From IMG/VR virus record IMGVR_UViG_3300033146_001917, positions 1 through 64,000 of that record: DNA of 64,000 bases, one strand, 5' to 3'. The first letter of the stretch is position 1. The number at the start of each line of letters is the position of its first letter. This document shows positions 46,698-57,123 of this stretch, piece after piece. Made by a program: the position numbers and the translations under genes. Under the pieces are notes generated by a model. It was not told where the DNA came from, made no database searches, and saw nothing but the letters and a program-made list of their open reading frames with translations. Source of the DNA: a virus.

Positions 46698-47320
46698 TCT
46701 TCGAATCTCTTCTACATCTCAACAATCATTTAAAAAGTAACGGTTGCACAAAATGCAACTTGGGGAAACAGCGCCACCTGCATGGATGTTGTGTCTCCAG
46801 AGGGCCTCACAGTACATCTAAGATGATTATAGGAGAAGCCCCAGGTAAGGTAGAGGATAGAACTCAAACGCCTTTTACAGGCCCAGCAGGACGTCTTCTA
46901 GAGGATATATGGAAAGCAGGTAAGCTTGATATAGATACATGGTATTTAACTAATACAGTGTTATGTAGACCAATATCTAATTCGTCTGGACGAGAAAACT
47001 TGACACCAAAGGATGAACAAGTTAAACAATGTAAGGATTATTTGCTTCAACAAATAACTTATATAAATCCTAGAATAATAGTAACTCTGGGATTAACAGC
47101 AGCTAAAAGCTTATTAAATAATCCATCAATAAAAATGTACCAAATAAGAGGGAAAATACTTCGTCCAGATAAAAATTTTAACCTGGAGAATACTATTTTA
47201 TTTCCAATGCTACATCCTGCTGCAATATTGCACACCAAAGGCACAGATAGATATCATCAATACAGATTGGATACATGGAAAGATATTCAACACTTAAACC
47301 AACTAATAAGGAACATGTAA
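46694..47320 (+). CDS. udg: uracil-DNA glycosylase, family 4
   Basis: CTKCNL, IGEAPG..ED....PFTGPAG, TNTVLCRP and HPAA. Confidence 0.9.
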   Translation: MIFESLLHLNNHLKSNGCTKCNLGKQRHLHGCCVSRGPHSTSKMIIGEAPGKVEDRTQTPFTGPAGRLLEDIWKAGKLDIDTWYLTNTVLCRPISNSSGRENLTPKDEQVKQCKDYLLQQITYINPRIIVTLGLTAAKSLLNNPSIKMYQIRGKILRPDKNFNLENTILFPMLHPAAILHTKGTDRYHQYRLDTWKDIQHLNQLIRNM

Positions 47321-47764
47321 ATGACTAATGTAATTAATTTGGACTCTAGGAAGAACAAGGCATCACAAGAAGATCATGAGACAGTATTGCAAGCTGTGGA
47401 AGATAACAGAGCAAATGGAGTAAAGATTCTATCTTCTAAATTAGATAATCTAGCAGACAGAAAAATTATTAATGATCCAGTTACAGAAAGTGCTATTCGA
47501 GATTTAACTGCTGGACTCGGAGGCGTTCTAACATCTCTAGAAGGTATTAATGCAGTAATAGACTATATTAAACATGACTTATTGGCTTGTATCCAAAATG
47601 TTGAGCAACAAGGTCATGGCAATTTCCAAGCATCTGCTCATTTACAAACATTACTAGCTATAATGAAAAGTAAGGGTATGATAACCGAAAAGGATATGGA
47701 AGATGAGTGGAAAAGATTAATGGATAATATGAATAAGCTAGACGTTACTTCGAAGAATACGTAA
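47321..47764 (+). CDS. hypothetical coiled-coil protein
   Basis: AAGGA RBS; last gene of the + block. Confidence 0.6.
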   Translation: MTNVINLDSRKNKASQEDHETVLQAVEDNRANGVKILSSKLDNLADRKIINDPVTESAIRDLTAGLGGVLTSLEGINAVIDYIKHDLLACIQNVEQQGHGNFQASAHLQTLLAIMKSKGMITEKDMEDEWKRLMDNMNKLDVTSKNT

Positions 47765-47966
47765 GCTCAATATAGTCACCTAGTACCCAATTTAATTCTA
47801 GAATATGGGCTCTACTTCGAATCACCATTGCCAGAACCTCAGCAATATGCTGAGCTGGCTCTGTGTGAAGCGTTTTTATACCAGGAATTCTAAGCTTTTC
47901 TTTTTCTATGATTGGTACCATAGGCTCTTCTTTCTTTACTATATCAGACTGAGTTTTTTCAAACAT
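47745..47966 (-). CDS. hypothetical protein
   Basis: AGGAG RBS; converges with the + block. Confidence 0.5.
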   Translation of the reverse strand: MFEKTQSDIVKKEEPMVPIIEKEKLRIPGIKTLHTEPAQHIAEVLAMVIRSRAHILELNWVLGDYIELTYSSK

Positions 47967-48501
47967 ATATTCTCCTAAAATATTCTAATATACTTTGTAA
48001 CACTTCTGTAACATACCGTAAACTAGAATGTGTAATTTTAGAAATATTTTTTATACCTAGTCCTTTATTGAAACGTAAGAATATTATATATTTTTCTAAT
48101 TTAGACATGTTAGCTAAATGTCCAAAGAATACCCAGTGTATTGAGAAATCAGGATCTTGTAATTCTATTACTGGCTCTGATTCAATATCATGATCTAGTG
48201 ACGACATAAGCTTTTGATACCAATCTCGTAATTCAAAAATAGATAATCGTAATAGATAAGCACGTTCCCCTTGATCCTTATGTTGTCTATTAGTAAGTAG
48301 ACGTTGCCAAATATAAGCTAATTGCTGATAGATATCTTCCTTTTGTAAGGAAAATTTATTATGACGAGGTATGGCCTTTAATTTATCTACAAGAGTTTTT
48401 TCATATCCATTCAATATACGGATATATTTACCTCTATGTACCTTGTCTGTTATTTCTACAAAACGTAGAAATTCTTTGTTGTATTTATAGATGGGGTGCA
48501 T
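47959..48501 (-). CDS. sigma70/ECF-like factor
   Basis: EDIYQQL..W (region 2-like); MSKLEKYIIFLRFNKGLGIKNISKI (region 4-like). Confidence 0.6.
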   Translation of the reverse strand: MHPIYKYNKEFLRFVEITDKVHRGKYIRILNGYEKTLVDKLKAIPRHNKFSLQKEDIYQQLAYIWQRLLTNRQHKDQGERAYLLRLSIFELRDWYQKLMSSLDHDIESEPVIELQDPDFSIHWVFFGHLANMSKLEKYIIFLRFNKGLGIKNISKITHSSLRYVTEVLQSILEYFRRIYV

Positions 48502-48502
48502 G

Positions 48503-49081
48503 TTATTCCCAGTTTGGAATTATCTTACTATATTTTTTATTAAGCTCATTTATATAGGCAATGACAGGAACACCCTCCGCCTGAAAAAATTTATCAGCTT
48601 TAGTACCAGGCCGTCCTACTATTGCACGAAGTTTCTTAAACTCGGTAGGGTAAAATTTCTTGAATCGCTTAATAGCTACTCGGCCTTTGGGGTCTAGTAA
48701 ACCTTTGACTTCTACCCACAAATTACCTACTTTAAAATCGGGACAGTAACTTACTGTTCCACGTTTGATTCCGAATTCAAAGAAAGCAAATACTTGTGGT
48801 TCGTAATCCCATTTTTTACCTTTAGAATTCCACCATCGAGCTACATTTGCTTCCCAGTTACTACGAAAGAATTGATCTAGATCGAGACGACGACCTATTA
48901 CAGATCGTTTGTTCATTTTCTTGGTAATTTTTTTACCATCAAATTCATCTAGTTTTCTTTTAATTGCAGCACGAGATTTAGCTAATGCTATAGTCAATTG
49001 ATTTATAGATATCGTACGATTCTTTCTTAGGTACTCTTCTTCTATAGGAGACCATACGATTGCTCCTCTATTCCAGCCCAT
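48503..49081 (-). CDS. PD-(D/E)xK endonuclease with N-terminal Myb-like HTH
   Basis: FRSNWEANVA, YEP, YCPDF and VEVKG. Confidence 0.8.
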   Translation of the reverse strand: MGWNRGAIVWSPIEEEYLRKNRTISINQLTIALAKSRAAIKRKLDEFDGKKITKKMNKRSVIGRRLDLDQFFRSNWEANVARWWNSKGKKWDYEPQVFAFFEFGIKRGTVSYCPDFKVGNLWVEVKGLLDPKGRVAIKRFKKFYPTEFKKLRAIVGRPGTKADKFFQAEGVPVIAYINELNKKYSKIIPNWE

Positions 49082-49790
49082 AATTAGTTCTCCAAGATTT
49101 CATAGCAGATCGTGACTGTTTTCCAAACAGTCCATCTATTTCACCTTTATACACATTGTCACGTTGCATAACAAGTTGCATATGGATAGCTATTTGTGTT
49201 CTCATATTAGATAGATTCATATGTATCCCTGGACAAGTTTTACGAAGTTTTCTACTGCCTTTAAACATAAACCATCCAGTATTTTTTAATTCTCTATGAC
49301 CTATAACAGCATCTGGAGAAAATCCAAAATTAAGACAGGCATTCCCAGCATGAGCATATGTTGACTGTAACATTTCTGTTGTAGGTGCGTACACATCAAC
49401 ACCCTTATCATTGCTAACTCGATACATCATAGCAATAGCAATAGAGCCAGGATTCCATACACCAACATGCCAGGATACTTTAGTATATGGTAAAGTATGA
49501 ATTATCTGATGATTAGGCATTATAATATCGTGATATGTTATTTCTGGACATCCAGTTTTTGAAATATGATTTGGGCTAATATCATATTCAGCTAATCGCT
49601 GTGGTGTAGTAACCCAATCAGTTGTATGTATCACAATTCTATTAATCTTAGATACTTTACGTGTTTTATAATATTTAGTTGGATGATGTGGCAAATCGAA
49701 AGATATATCTTGGTATTCCAAATCATGAATCTTGTTCAAGATCTGCTTTTCGTTTACGTTGTAAGTCACGTGATCTCCTATATTGTTCAC
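49068..49790 (-). CDS. N-acetylmuramoyl-L-alanine amidase (endolysin) with peptidoglycan-binding tail
   Basis: IVIHT, YH, WHVG, GHRE, TCPG and IDGLFGKQS. Confidence 0.85.
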   Translation of the reverse strand: MNNIGDHVTYNVNEKQILNKIHDLEYQDISFDLPHHPTKYYKTRKVSKINRIVIHTTDWVTTPQRLAEYDISPNHISKTGCPEITYHDIIMPNHQIIHTLPYTKVSWHVGVWNPGSIAIAMMYRVSNDKGVDVYAPTTEMLQSTYAHAGNACLNFGFSPDAVIGHRELKNTGWFMFKGSRKLRKTCPGIHMNLSNMRTQIAIHMQLVMQRDNVYKGEIDGLFGKQSRSAMKSWRTNYGLE

Positions 49791-50871
49791 TACGATATTG
49801 CTTGGCTTTCTTTAATTGTTCTTTGTGATAATCAGATTGTAGATATTTATTTCTAGCTTGTTTAGTAAACTCTAATTTGCTTTTTACATAACCTAAGTGT
49901 TTTTCTTGGCTCTTAGTTATATTACCTTTAAAACTAACAGCACGTTTCAATTTGATACTACCAGGACCATTACCAACTGTATCAATTAATGCCAAAACGT
50001 AATCTTTTGTAAGCTCAACTGTATAAGGAATACGAATAAGATGGATGCCTAATGTAGAACAAAGATCATCTTTCCTCTCATCTAAATATTTAGCATGAGA
50101 GAAGTCATTTTTCTTTGGTTGGAACATTTTAATACGTTCAAAATGTTGTATACCATCATATTCAAAACCAATATTTAATGCAGGTATAAATACGTCTAGA
50201 TGAAGACTTTCTCCTAAATTAAATTGAGGCCAAATTTGTAATTCAGGAAACATAGAAGTAAGTAAATTAATAAGAACTTCTTCGCCTACAGAGCTAGTAC
50301 GTTTTATTTCTTTATTCCATTTTTTGTAATAACAAAGTGATCTTACCTGGGCTATAGATGCATGTGTAGAATTTGCAATATCTACATATGTAAATGTATA
50401 TCCATGTGACATTTCTTCAACGAGGGCAAGCTCTTTCTTGGTCCAAAACCTTACGTTTCTAGTCAAACCTAACTCAACCAGTTTAAGATGAATTGTTTTA
50501 TCTGTTTTCTGAAGTGCATCAGACATGTATGTAAGTGTCATACCTGCTGCTTTCATAGTTTTTAATTCTTCTAATTCTTTCTTGGTCCAGAAAGAAATCT
50601 TTCGAAGACCTAAAGAAATAGCTTTCAGAACAATGTCATCTTCAGACCGCAACAATAATACTCTTAATTCTTCATTAGAAATTGAGTCATATTTAGTTGT
50701 AAGAATTTTTAACTCATTATCAGACCAAAATCCTGGTGGAGTAACACCTTGATCATATAAAATTTTATAGACCTTAATGAGTGATAGATCTACTGTTCTA
50801 GCTATTTCAGTTACTGGAACTACACCATAAAGATTAAATATAGTGAGATTAAGTTGTCTATTTTTTTTCAT
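49723..50871 (-). CDS. Myb-like repeat protein fused to a Vsr/DUF559-like nuclease
   Basis: Three FW(S/T)xxEL repeats; LDVFIPALNIGFEYDGIQH...LIRIPY. Confidence 0.75.
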   Translation of the reverse strand: MKKNRQLNLTIFNLYGVVPVTEIARTVDLSLIKVYKILYDQGVTPPGFWSDNELKILTTKYDSISNEELRVLLLRSEDDIVLKAISLGLRKISFWTKKELEELKTMKAAGMTLTYMSDALQKTDKTIHLKLVELGLTRNVRFWTKKELALVEEMSHGYTFTYVDIANSTHASIAQVRSLCYYKKWNKEIKRTSSVGEEVLINLLTSMFPELQIWPQFNLGESLHLDVFIPALNIGFEYDGIQHFERIKMFQPKKNDFSHAKYLDERKDDLCSTLGIHLIRIPYTVELTKDYVLALIDTVGNGPGSIKLKRAVSFKGNITKSQEKHLGYVKSKLEFTKQARNKYLQSDYHKEQLKKAKQYRSEQYRRSRDLQRKRKADLEQDS

Positions 50872-50873
50872 AA

Positions 50874-51065
50874 TTATACGTAGTCAAAATCAATCATACT
50901 ATTATAATTGTATTGGTAACTATAGTTATCTTGATCAATAGCTTTAATCTTGTCTACAATATGATCCATTTCTGCCTGAATCAAAGCATTTTCAGCTGCA
51001 TTTTTTTTTGCAGCTATTTCATCCGAACTTGATAATGCATGTACTATGCGTTTGATATAATCCAT
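50874..51065 (-). CDS. hypothetical protein
   Basis: Small ORF in the operon. Confidence 0.45.
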   Translation of the reverse strand: MDYIKRIVHALSSSDEIAAKKNAAENALIQAEMDHIVDKIKAIDQDNYSYQYNYNSMIDFDYV

Positions 51066-51376
51066 GATTGTCTCTTAGTTGAAACAAGTAGTTCGTGAAT
51101 TTTTTTCATATCAGTAACCCCTTGTTCCTCTGCGTACCGAGCTAAATCTTCTGCTAAATTATCGTCAGTAATAAACTTTAGATTAGCAAATACGTCAGAT
51201 GTCCAATCTACAGTATTAAGTACAGCTTCTTCAATATAGCAATTACCTTGTTTCGGTCCTTTAGTTATTAATATAACTATAAATTCTCGAAAACCATACT
51301 CTATAGTTGCAAGATGTAATGCATGAGCATTCCCAGGCATCTTAAAAATATTAGAGTTTTTCAGACGGAACTTCAT
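51044..51376 (-). CDS. hypothetical protein
   Basis: 110 aa ORF. Confidence 0.55.
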   Translation of the reverse strand: MKFRLKNSNIFKMPGNAHALHLATIEYGFREFIVILITKGPKQGNCYIEEAVLNTVDWTSDVFANLKFITDDNLAEDLARYAEEQGVTDMKKIHELLVSTKRQSWIISNA

Positions 51377-51716
51377 CCTTAATTTTATCCTTATTACGCG
51401 TATCGTTAAGTCCTTCTACTGTATCTAAAAAGTTATCATATCCATCACTACCTAGATCACGAGCTTGACGAATAGTATGAGGCTCTACAAGGTGCTGACA
51501 ATGTACGCATCTAAGCATTTGAAAAGGAACGTCACCTGCATTATACGGCACACGTTGTCCTAACACTAAGCGATGTTCTTTTTTAAATCTAGCAAATTCA
51601 ACTTGTTCGAACCACCTGGATCCACATGTTGGGCATTCGATTAGGTCAAGAGACTTTTCTTCTTTGCTACGACGCGCAGCACGCTGAGTGGCTTCAAAAT
51701 CTTCATAGTGGCTCAT
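51351..51716 (-). CDS. Zn-ribbon protein
   Basis: CPTC...CVHC; GGAG RBS. Confidence 0.6.
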   Translation of the reverse strand: MSHYEDFEATQRAARRSKEEKSLDLIECPTCGSRWFEQVEFARFKKEHRLVLGQRVPYNAGDVPFQMLRCVHCQHLVEPHTIRQARDLGSDGYDNFLDTVEGLNDTRNKDKIKDEVPSEKL

Positions 51717-51812
51717 TGTTTATCTCCGTATTCTTTGGACTTCTTTAAGTCCTGTGGTTCTGTGTCCTGGTCTTTTAGAATGGCAATAATTTTACCATTC
51801 TTATCTTGTATT

Positions 51813-52520
51813 TTAAGCATTACATATTTCCTGGAATGTACATGTGTTACACATAGCTGTTCGTGATGTATAATTTATACCTTCACGAATGGAAGCAGCT
51901 AATTGAGCTATGTGAGATTTGATAATTTTATCAGAGGCATGTCTAAACATAAGATTACTGGTAGTAAATACACCGTGATTACTAATGGCAAAGTTTTGAA
52001 CTTGCATTTTATCTGAGTACAAACTGTTTGTAATCATTATTCTTTTTCCTCTTACAATAAGACTATTATACATTTCTTGTCTAGTAAGGCTAGTATCTGA
52101 AAATGTTACAAAACGTACTGGGTTAGCAATATGTATGAGATCTATTGTATCTGTTATAATTACATGACTAAGTTCCATTATAACTGGTACATTTACATAG
52201 ACTTCATGAATATCATTTTGATATTGAGTGTACCATCGTTGTAATCCATGCAATACATATTCTGCTAATTTTCTAGTAGCTTGGAACGCTTCTTTATCTG
52301 TTATATCTACGTTCTTGAATACTTTTGTATCTACTAATTCTACTATTGTTCTCCAAGGAACTTTTTTATTTGTTTTTAATGTGTATGTATATGATCCTTT
52401 AATAATTGCCATGATAGTCTTCCTAACAATATGTATAGGAGGAGAAAGCGACCGCCGTTTAAAATTAAAATAAGCTGGACACTTAGCAAAATTATTAATA
52501 TCCGTAAGGCTAACCTGCAC
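51813..52520 (-). CDS. Cas4/RecB-like PD-(D/E)xK protein, catalytic motif degenerate
   Basis: N-terminal CP and C-terminal CNTC....C Fe-S-type ligands; no D-x-K after IDLI. Confidence 0.55.
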   Translation of the reverse strand: MQVSLTDINNFAKCPAYFNFKRRSLSPPIHIVRKTIMAIIKGSYTYTLKTNKKVPWRTIVELVDTKVFKNVDITDKEAFQATRKLAEYVLHGLQRWYTQYQNDIHEVYVNVPVIMELSHVIITDTIDLIHIANPVRFVTFSDTSLTRQEMYNSLIVRGKRIMITNSLYSDKMQVQNFAISNHGVFTTSNLMFRHASDKIIKSHIAQLAASIREGINYTSRTAMCNTCTFQEICNA

Positions 52521-52986
52521 TTATATCAACCTTAAGTTTGACAAAATGTATCTGTTTATCAGTAATTAATTTTTGAAGGGCGCGTTGATCTTTTGATAAC
52601 CGTTTAGCATTACCAGTTTTAACATCTATAAAGTCAACACATCCAGGCTCAGTGTCACTAGGGAATTTTATTCCTATAAAATCTACTATATTACCAAGAG
52701 GTATTATTCTATTATACTCCGCGTGTAATTTAGTATATCCTACTAATTCTCCAAGTACTCCTTTATGAGTATTAACTGATCCTTGTATAGACTGAAGTAC
52801 CTTAGTAGGCATTTTGTCAATAGCTTGTTCTAAAGGATGTAAATCTACTGTAACATGTGGAGTAGGAATTATAGGCGCAGGAGGAAGGGTTAACTTCACC
52901 TTCCGTATTTCAATCACTGTAAGTATGGCTCCTCCAAGTACAATTAATACCCCAAGTCCTATTAATATTGTATTTATTGTATCCAT
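52510..52986 (-). CDS. membrane-anchored Holliday-junction-resolvase-like endonuclease
   Basis: N-terminal TM segment; LGNIVDFI...FIDVKTG..RLSKDQR. Confidence 0.7.
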   Translation of the reverse strand: MDTINTILIGLGVLIVLGGAILTVIEIRKVKLTLPPAPIIPTPHVTVDLHPLEQAIDKMPTKVLQSIQGSVNTHKGVLGELVGYTKLHAEYNRIIPLGNIVDFIGIKFPSDTEPGCVDFIDVKTGNAKRLSKDQRALQKLITDKQIHFVKLKVDISAG

Positions 52987-52989
52987 TAG

Positions 52990-53181
52990 TTATCCTTCGT
53001 GGTTTAGGTTATTCCATTTACTCCATGACAAATTAGGAGTTCCTGACCATGATGGTAATTTAATTAAATTAGCAGAAGTTGCATTACAGTGTTTGCATCT
53101 ATCAGTTATTTTATCTGATGTAATTAAATACTCTTCTATCTTTCCACATTTTTTACATTCGTAATCAAAGATACGATACAT
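52990..53181 (-). CDS. FmdB-like zinc-ribbon protein
   Basis: FDYECKKCG...CKHC; start placed at MYRIF. Confidence 0.7.
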   Translation of the reverse strand: MYRIFDYECKKCGKIEEYLITSDKITDRCKHCNATSANLIKLPSWSGTPNLSWSKWNNLNHEG

Positions 53182-53699
53182 TATTTTTGTTCTCCTAGTC
53201 CTTCTTCTATAACCCATGTAGGTACTGCACGTCTTGTATATGTTAGTATATCCGTTTTTGCACCTAAATAATACATCCTATATGATTCTACAGCATTAGG
53301 AGAGATGTATAAAGAAGGAATTGTTAATGGTGGTGGTGTTAATTTTGTATCAGGAAAGGACCAATTCGCTGCATTACAAAACATAGTATCACGTCTAATA
53401 GCAAATCTCATATAACGTAATTTATACATATGCTGCTTATGCCATCGATACGTATATTCATTTAATAACGCTTTGAAATGATTCTTTAACCACTGATAAT
53501 TTAAAGGGGATAATATGCCCCACTGTGCCCAAGGCTGTTTTACCCAACGACGATGAACTAATGATTGGCTATTGGAATCAAGTAAGCTTTCTATTGTAGT
53601 TAATAATCTGTAAACCACTAGGATTTGAAAGATAATATGCTTATCTCCATGATACATAGCAGCTAGTTTTGGATCTTTAGCTAAATAAAAAGCATTCAT
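53181..53699 (-). CDS. pyrimidine-dimer DNA glycosylase (DenV-related) family
   Basis: MNAFYL...DKH, NYQWL, EYTYRW.K.H, YRMYY...K and PTW. Confidence 0.7.
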   Translation of the reverse strand: MNAFYLAKDPKLAAMYHGDKHIIFQILVVYRLLTTIESLLDSNSQSLVHRRWVKQPWAQWGILSPLNYQWLKNHFKALLNEYTYRWHKQHMYKLRYMRFAIRRDTMFCNAANWSFPDTKLTPPPLTIPSLYISPNAVESYRMYYLGAKTDILTYTRRAVPTWVIEEGLGEQK

Positions 53700-53702
53700 G
53701 TA

Positions 53703-56138
53703 TTAGTCCATAAAGCGTGTCTTCTCGTTAATTTTACTAGATGCTTCTTGCTCTTGACGACTAGCAATAAGATTCATATCTGCCTGAGCAAAATCAGAAC
53801 TAGATGGGTAAAAATCAAAATAGATCTTATTTTTAAATGATGTAATCTTATTTTTACCAATATTTAACTCAACAGTAGGCATTCTAATTAGTTCCTGTTG
53901 TAACATTGAGTCATGGAAATATTCTGCTTTGTCAGCGTTTTCATGTACATCATTGTACAAGTGCCCAATAAAATTAGTGTCATATTCAATCTGTCCAGTT
54001 TCAATAATATCTTCATTACCTGCATGATCACCACGTTTAATCTTGCGATACTCAATAGTAGCTAATACAGTTATGTGATGTTTGGTAGCTAAGTCTTTCA
54101 TTACTGTCGAGACTGTTTTAAATCTTACACGTTCGTCACCAGCAGCGGCTTGAAAATCACGTAGCTTATGGAAATTGTCTAAGATATATACAATATTTCT
54201 CTCTGGAAATCGTTCTCGATAATATTTGATAAGCCTATCAGCGAAAGCAATTGATTTGCCATCGTTAGCATCTTTAATTACAAGACGTCCATTTTGTATC
54301 AGGTCTCGAATAACACCGTAACCAGTATCACGTTTCTGAACTGTATTGGAATTGTATTTTGCGTGATAGTTAGGATCCATAACTTCATTTAATGTAAGTT
54401 GTTTTGTTCCCTCAGCTACACATATAAATTTAGGAATTAATTGCTGTGCCGTATCGTCAATTGAATGATAGATAACAAGAGCATTGTTTTCAACTCTATG
54501 TGCAATTTCGTAGGACAACTTACTCATAAATGCAGTCTTGCCAGCATTTGCTTTTCCACCAATGACCATGAATACATCTTTTTTCCAGTCACCTGCTAGT
54601 GCATCTTCTAGCGCTTTAAGATCTGGACCTAATACATACCCGGAGAATGTTCCATCTTTAGATTCTTCATAAGTACGTTGAGTATCTAAGACAGACAGAG
54701 TAGATTCTAGAGAAAAGCTATCTTCATCAAATTTACGAGCTAAGTTAAACAAAGCTGCTTCGGCATCTTGCATTGCAGTTTCCACTGCGTCTGGATGCCT
54801 TTCAATAGTCGTAATCATTTTATCAATAATATTACGTTTCTCACGAGATTTTTCTGCTTCACGTAAATTTTGAAGCCTGTTAACTTCATGCTGAATAGTT
54901 GATAAAGTTACGCTTGTTGATTGTGCTAGAGCTTTACACTGTCTTTCCTGCTCGATATACGATGTTTCATTTACAATAAGTGGAATCATTGCTGAGCATA
55001 CATCGTTATCATCTGTTTCAGGATCGAAACGAGACAACCGCCATTCAAAAGCAGACTGCTTTTTTAGCCTGTTAAACTTAGCCATCCCATTTTCACGAAT
55101 AAATTCATCTGGATCCTGTTCATCAGGAATAATCATTACCTTAACGTTCAAGTCCTTATGACCACTTAGTATTTTATCTAAAATATTAGCAGTACGAGAC
55201 TGTCCAGGTTCATCACCATCAAAACATAAAATTAAATTATAAATGTTATGTTGTTTTAGCAATTGTACCTGTTCAACAGTGAGTGCTGTACCTCCAATAG
55301 CTACAGTATTTTTGATACCATGCTGAGCTGCTGTAACTACGTCTGAATATCCTTCGAAAATAAATACAGGTGTATTGCGACGCTTACGATATTTAAGTAA
55401 TTGATCTAAACCAAACAGTCGAGTACTCTTATGGTAGATATTACACTTAACTCCTGTATGTTTCTGATTAACGTATTTATGACCACGACCTTGAATGTAA
55501 TTTAGATCACGAGCAGCAAAACCTACAGGACGACTAAATTCATCTCGTATTGTAAATATCATTCTGGCTTCGCCAAATATATCTTTCCTAGATAAATCTA
55601 CGTCATCTAGAAATTTAGCTTGAAAGCCTATCGTTTTCATTGCTTGTCGGAATTCTTTGTAATCTGCTACACATCCTATTCCGTATTGATCACAAGTCTC
55701 TAAGTTCCATCCACGCTTTTTAGCCGTATCCAGAAATAGATTATCTTTTTTACTAGTGGTAACATAATTAGCTACAGCTGCATACGCTCTATAGGTATCC
55801 ATCTGATAGATTTCTTCTTCAGTTAATGGAGTAGTCTCTACTTCTATTTCATATTTATTAGCTAGATAGAGTAGGTTATCAGTTATGAATTCTATTCCTG
55901 TTAATGGTTTATTTTCAATGAGATGCGCCGCATGAAAAATATTTCCTGACACACCGCAGCCGAAACAATTAAATACCTTATTACCTTTCACTAACCCACA
56001 AGATGGATCGTGGTCATCATGCTGAGGAGAGATGCATTGAAATAAATTTTTACTTAAATCTATACCATGTTCTTCAAGATATTTAGGCAAAAATGCACTG
56101 ATCCGATCACGGACCTCATCGTAGTTCTTGACTTTCAT
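53703..56138 (-). CDS. DnaG primase - DnaB-like helicase fusion
   Basis: CHC2 Zn finger, GFAAR, FEGYSD, FDGDEPG, DPDE; GGKANAGKT, LDNFH and IGKNK. Confidence 0.9.
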   Translation of the reverse strand: MKVKNYDEVRDRISAFLPKYLEEHGIDLSKNLFQCISPQHDDHDPSCGLVKGNKVFNCFGCGVSGNIFHAAHLIENKPLTGIEFITDNLLYLANKYEIEVETTPLTEEEIYQMDTYRAYAAVANYVTTSKKDNLFLDTAKKRGWNLETCDQYGIGCVADYKEFRQAMKTIGFQAKFLDDVDLSRKDIFGEARMIFTIRDEFSRPVGFAARDLNYIQGRGHKYVNQKHTGVKCNIYHKSTRLFGLDQLLKYRKRRNTPVFIFEGYSDVVTAAQHGIKNTVAIGGTALTVEQVQLLKQHNIYNLILCFDGDEPGQSRTANILDKILSGHKDLNVKVMIIPDEQDPDEFIRENGMAKFNRLKKQSAFEWRLSRFDPETDDNDVCSAMIPLIVNETSYIEQERQCKALAQSTSVTLSTIQHEVNRLQNLREAEKSREKRNIIDKMITTIERHPDAVETAMQDAEAALFNLARKFDEDSFSLESTLSVLDTQRTYEESKDGTFSGYVLGPDLKALEDALAGDWKKDVFMVIGGKANAGKTAFMSKLSYEIAHRVENNALVIYHSIDDTAQQLIPKFICVAEGTKQLTLNEVMDPNYHAKYNSNTVQKRDTGYGVIRDLIQNGRLVIKDANDGKSIAFADRLIKYYRERFPERNIVYILDNFHKLRDFQAAAGDERVRFKTVSTVMKDLATKHHITVLATIEYRKIKRGDHAGNEDIIETGQIEYDTNFIGHLYNDVHENADKAEYFHDSMLQQELIRMPTVELNIGKNKITSFKNKIYFDFYPSSSDFAQADMNLIASRQEQEASSKINEKTRFMD

Positions 56139-56147
56139 GTGGTTCCT

Positions 56148-57050
56148 TTAGGCTAAAAGATTAAGCCTGTTGAGTTCTTGACCCTGGTTACAAAATGGAA
56201 ATGCAGCGCAGTAACTGCAGCGGCGAACCTTGGGTGGGCGTCGTTCGATACGACCATCAATCTTTTTATCTTGTTTATATTTAATTGCTTCTTCGTAACT
56301 TTTGCAAAGCTTGGCAGCTCGTGAACTAGTATTTCGATAAATAGCAAACACTTCTTCACCCGCCCAAAGTTCTTTCTTCGTACATAGATCTAATTCGTTA
56401 TCATCCTTTTGTAAATTATTTTCTAGTTTGCTTAGTCGTTCTTGAATATAAGCTTCAACTTCGTCAGAAGACATTAGTTCAATCTCGTAGCCAGCTAATA
56501 TTTTTTTCTGCGGGTATTTGTTATCTTGCCTTGCTTTCATTGATTGCCAATCAGTAAAAAAGAAATCAATATAACCAACAGTATTAACCTTGTAATCTGA
56601 TCCTAGTAATAGCCACCTGTATATAGATAACTGTAATTTATAATCAAGATCCTTACTCCCAAATACATAAGACCATACAGATGTTGTTTTAATATCACGT
56701 AGAGTTGCTACCTGATTATTATCTGTAACAAGGATGTCAAATTTACCAGATACTGTATATTCAATATTTTCTATCTGAATTTTCCTATGTAATCTTAATT
56801 CCTTGGTAACATTTTCAGATTCAATTCGTTCAATCGAATCATGAATAGCAGTGCCTATACGAGAAGCAATAAGATCTGATGCATCTTGTTGCAACGTATC
56901 TGCATGTCGCATAGTTAAAATATGCGACCTAGTAGGCTTCATAATTGTCGTGGCACTAATTGTGTAAGGATTTGAATTATGATCATAGTCATCATGAACT
57001 AACCAATCAACTATATATTGTGGGAAATTCAATTTATTTGTATATTGCAT
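56148..57050 (-). CDS. Cas4-like / RecB-family exonuclease
   Basis: GTAIH, SGKFD, DIKTTS, QLSIY and RCSYCAAFPFC; AAGGA RBS before ATG 57050. Confidence 0.85.
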   Translation of the reverse strand: MQYTNKLNFPQYIVDWLVHDDYDHNSNPYTISATTIMKPTRSHILTMRHADTLQQDASDLIASRIGTAIHDSIERIESENVTKELRLHRKIQIENIEYTVSGKFDILVTDNNQVATLRDIKTTSVWSYVFGSKDLDYKLQLSIYRWLLLGSDYKVNTVGYIDFFFTDWQSMKARQDNKYPQKKILAGYEIELMSSDEVEAYIQERLSKLENNLQKDDNELDLCTKKELWAGEEVFAIYRNTSSRAAKLCKSYEEAIKYKQDKKIDGRIERRPPKVRRCSYCAAFPFCNQGQELNRLNLLA

Positions 57051-57123
57051 ATGTTCCTTTGTGAGTTTAAATGCTTTTGCATCCAATATTATAACTTAAT
57101 TCCTCTATTCCTTCTACAGGAGA

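Noticed and set aside
43840-47320. Uracil-substituted genome
   Set aside because: dUTPase, a ThyX-like gene and UDG point to ordinary thymine DNA; no UDG inhibitor or base-modification cluster was recognised.
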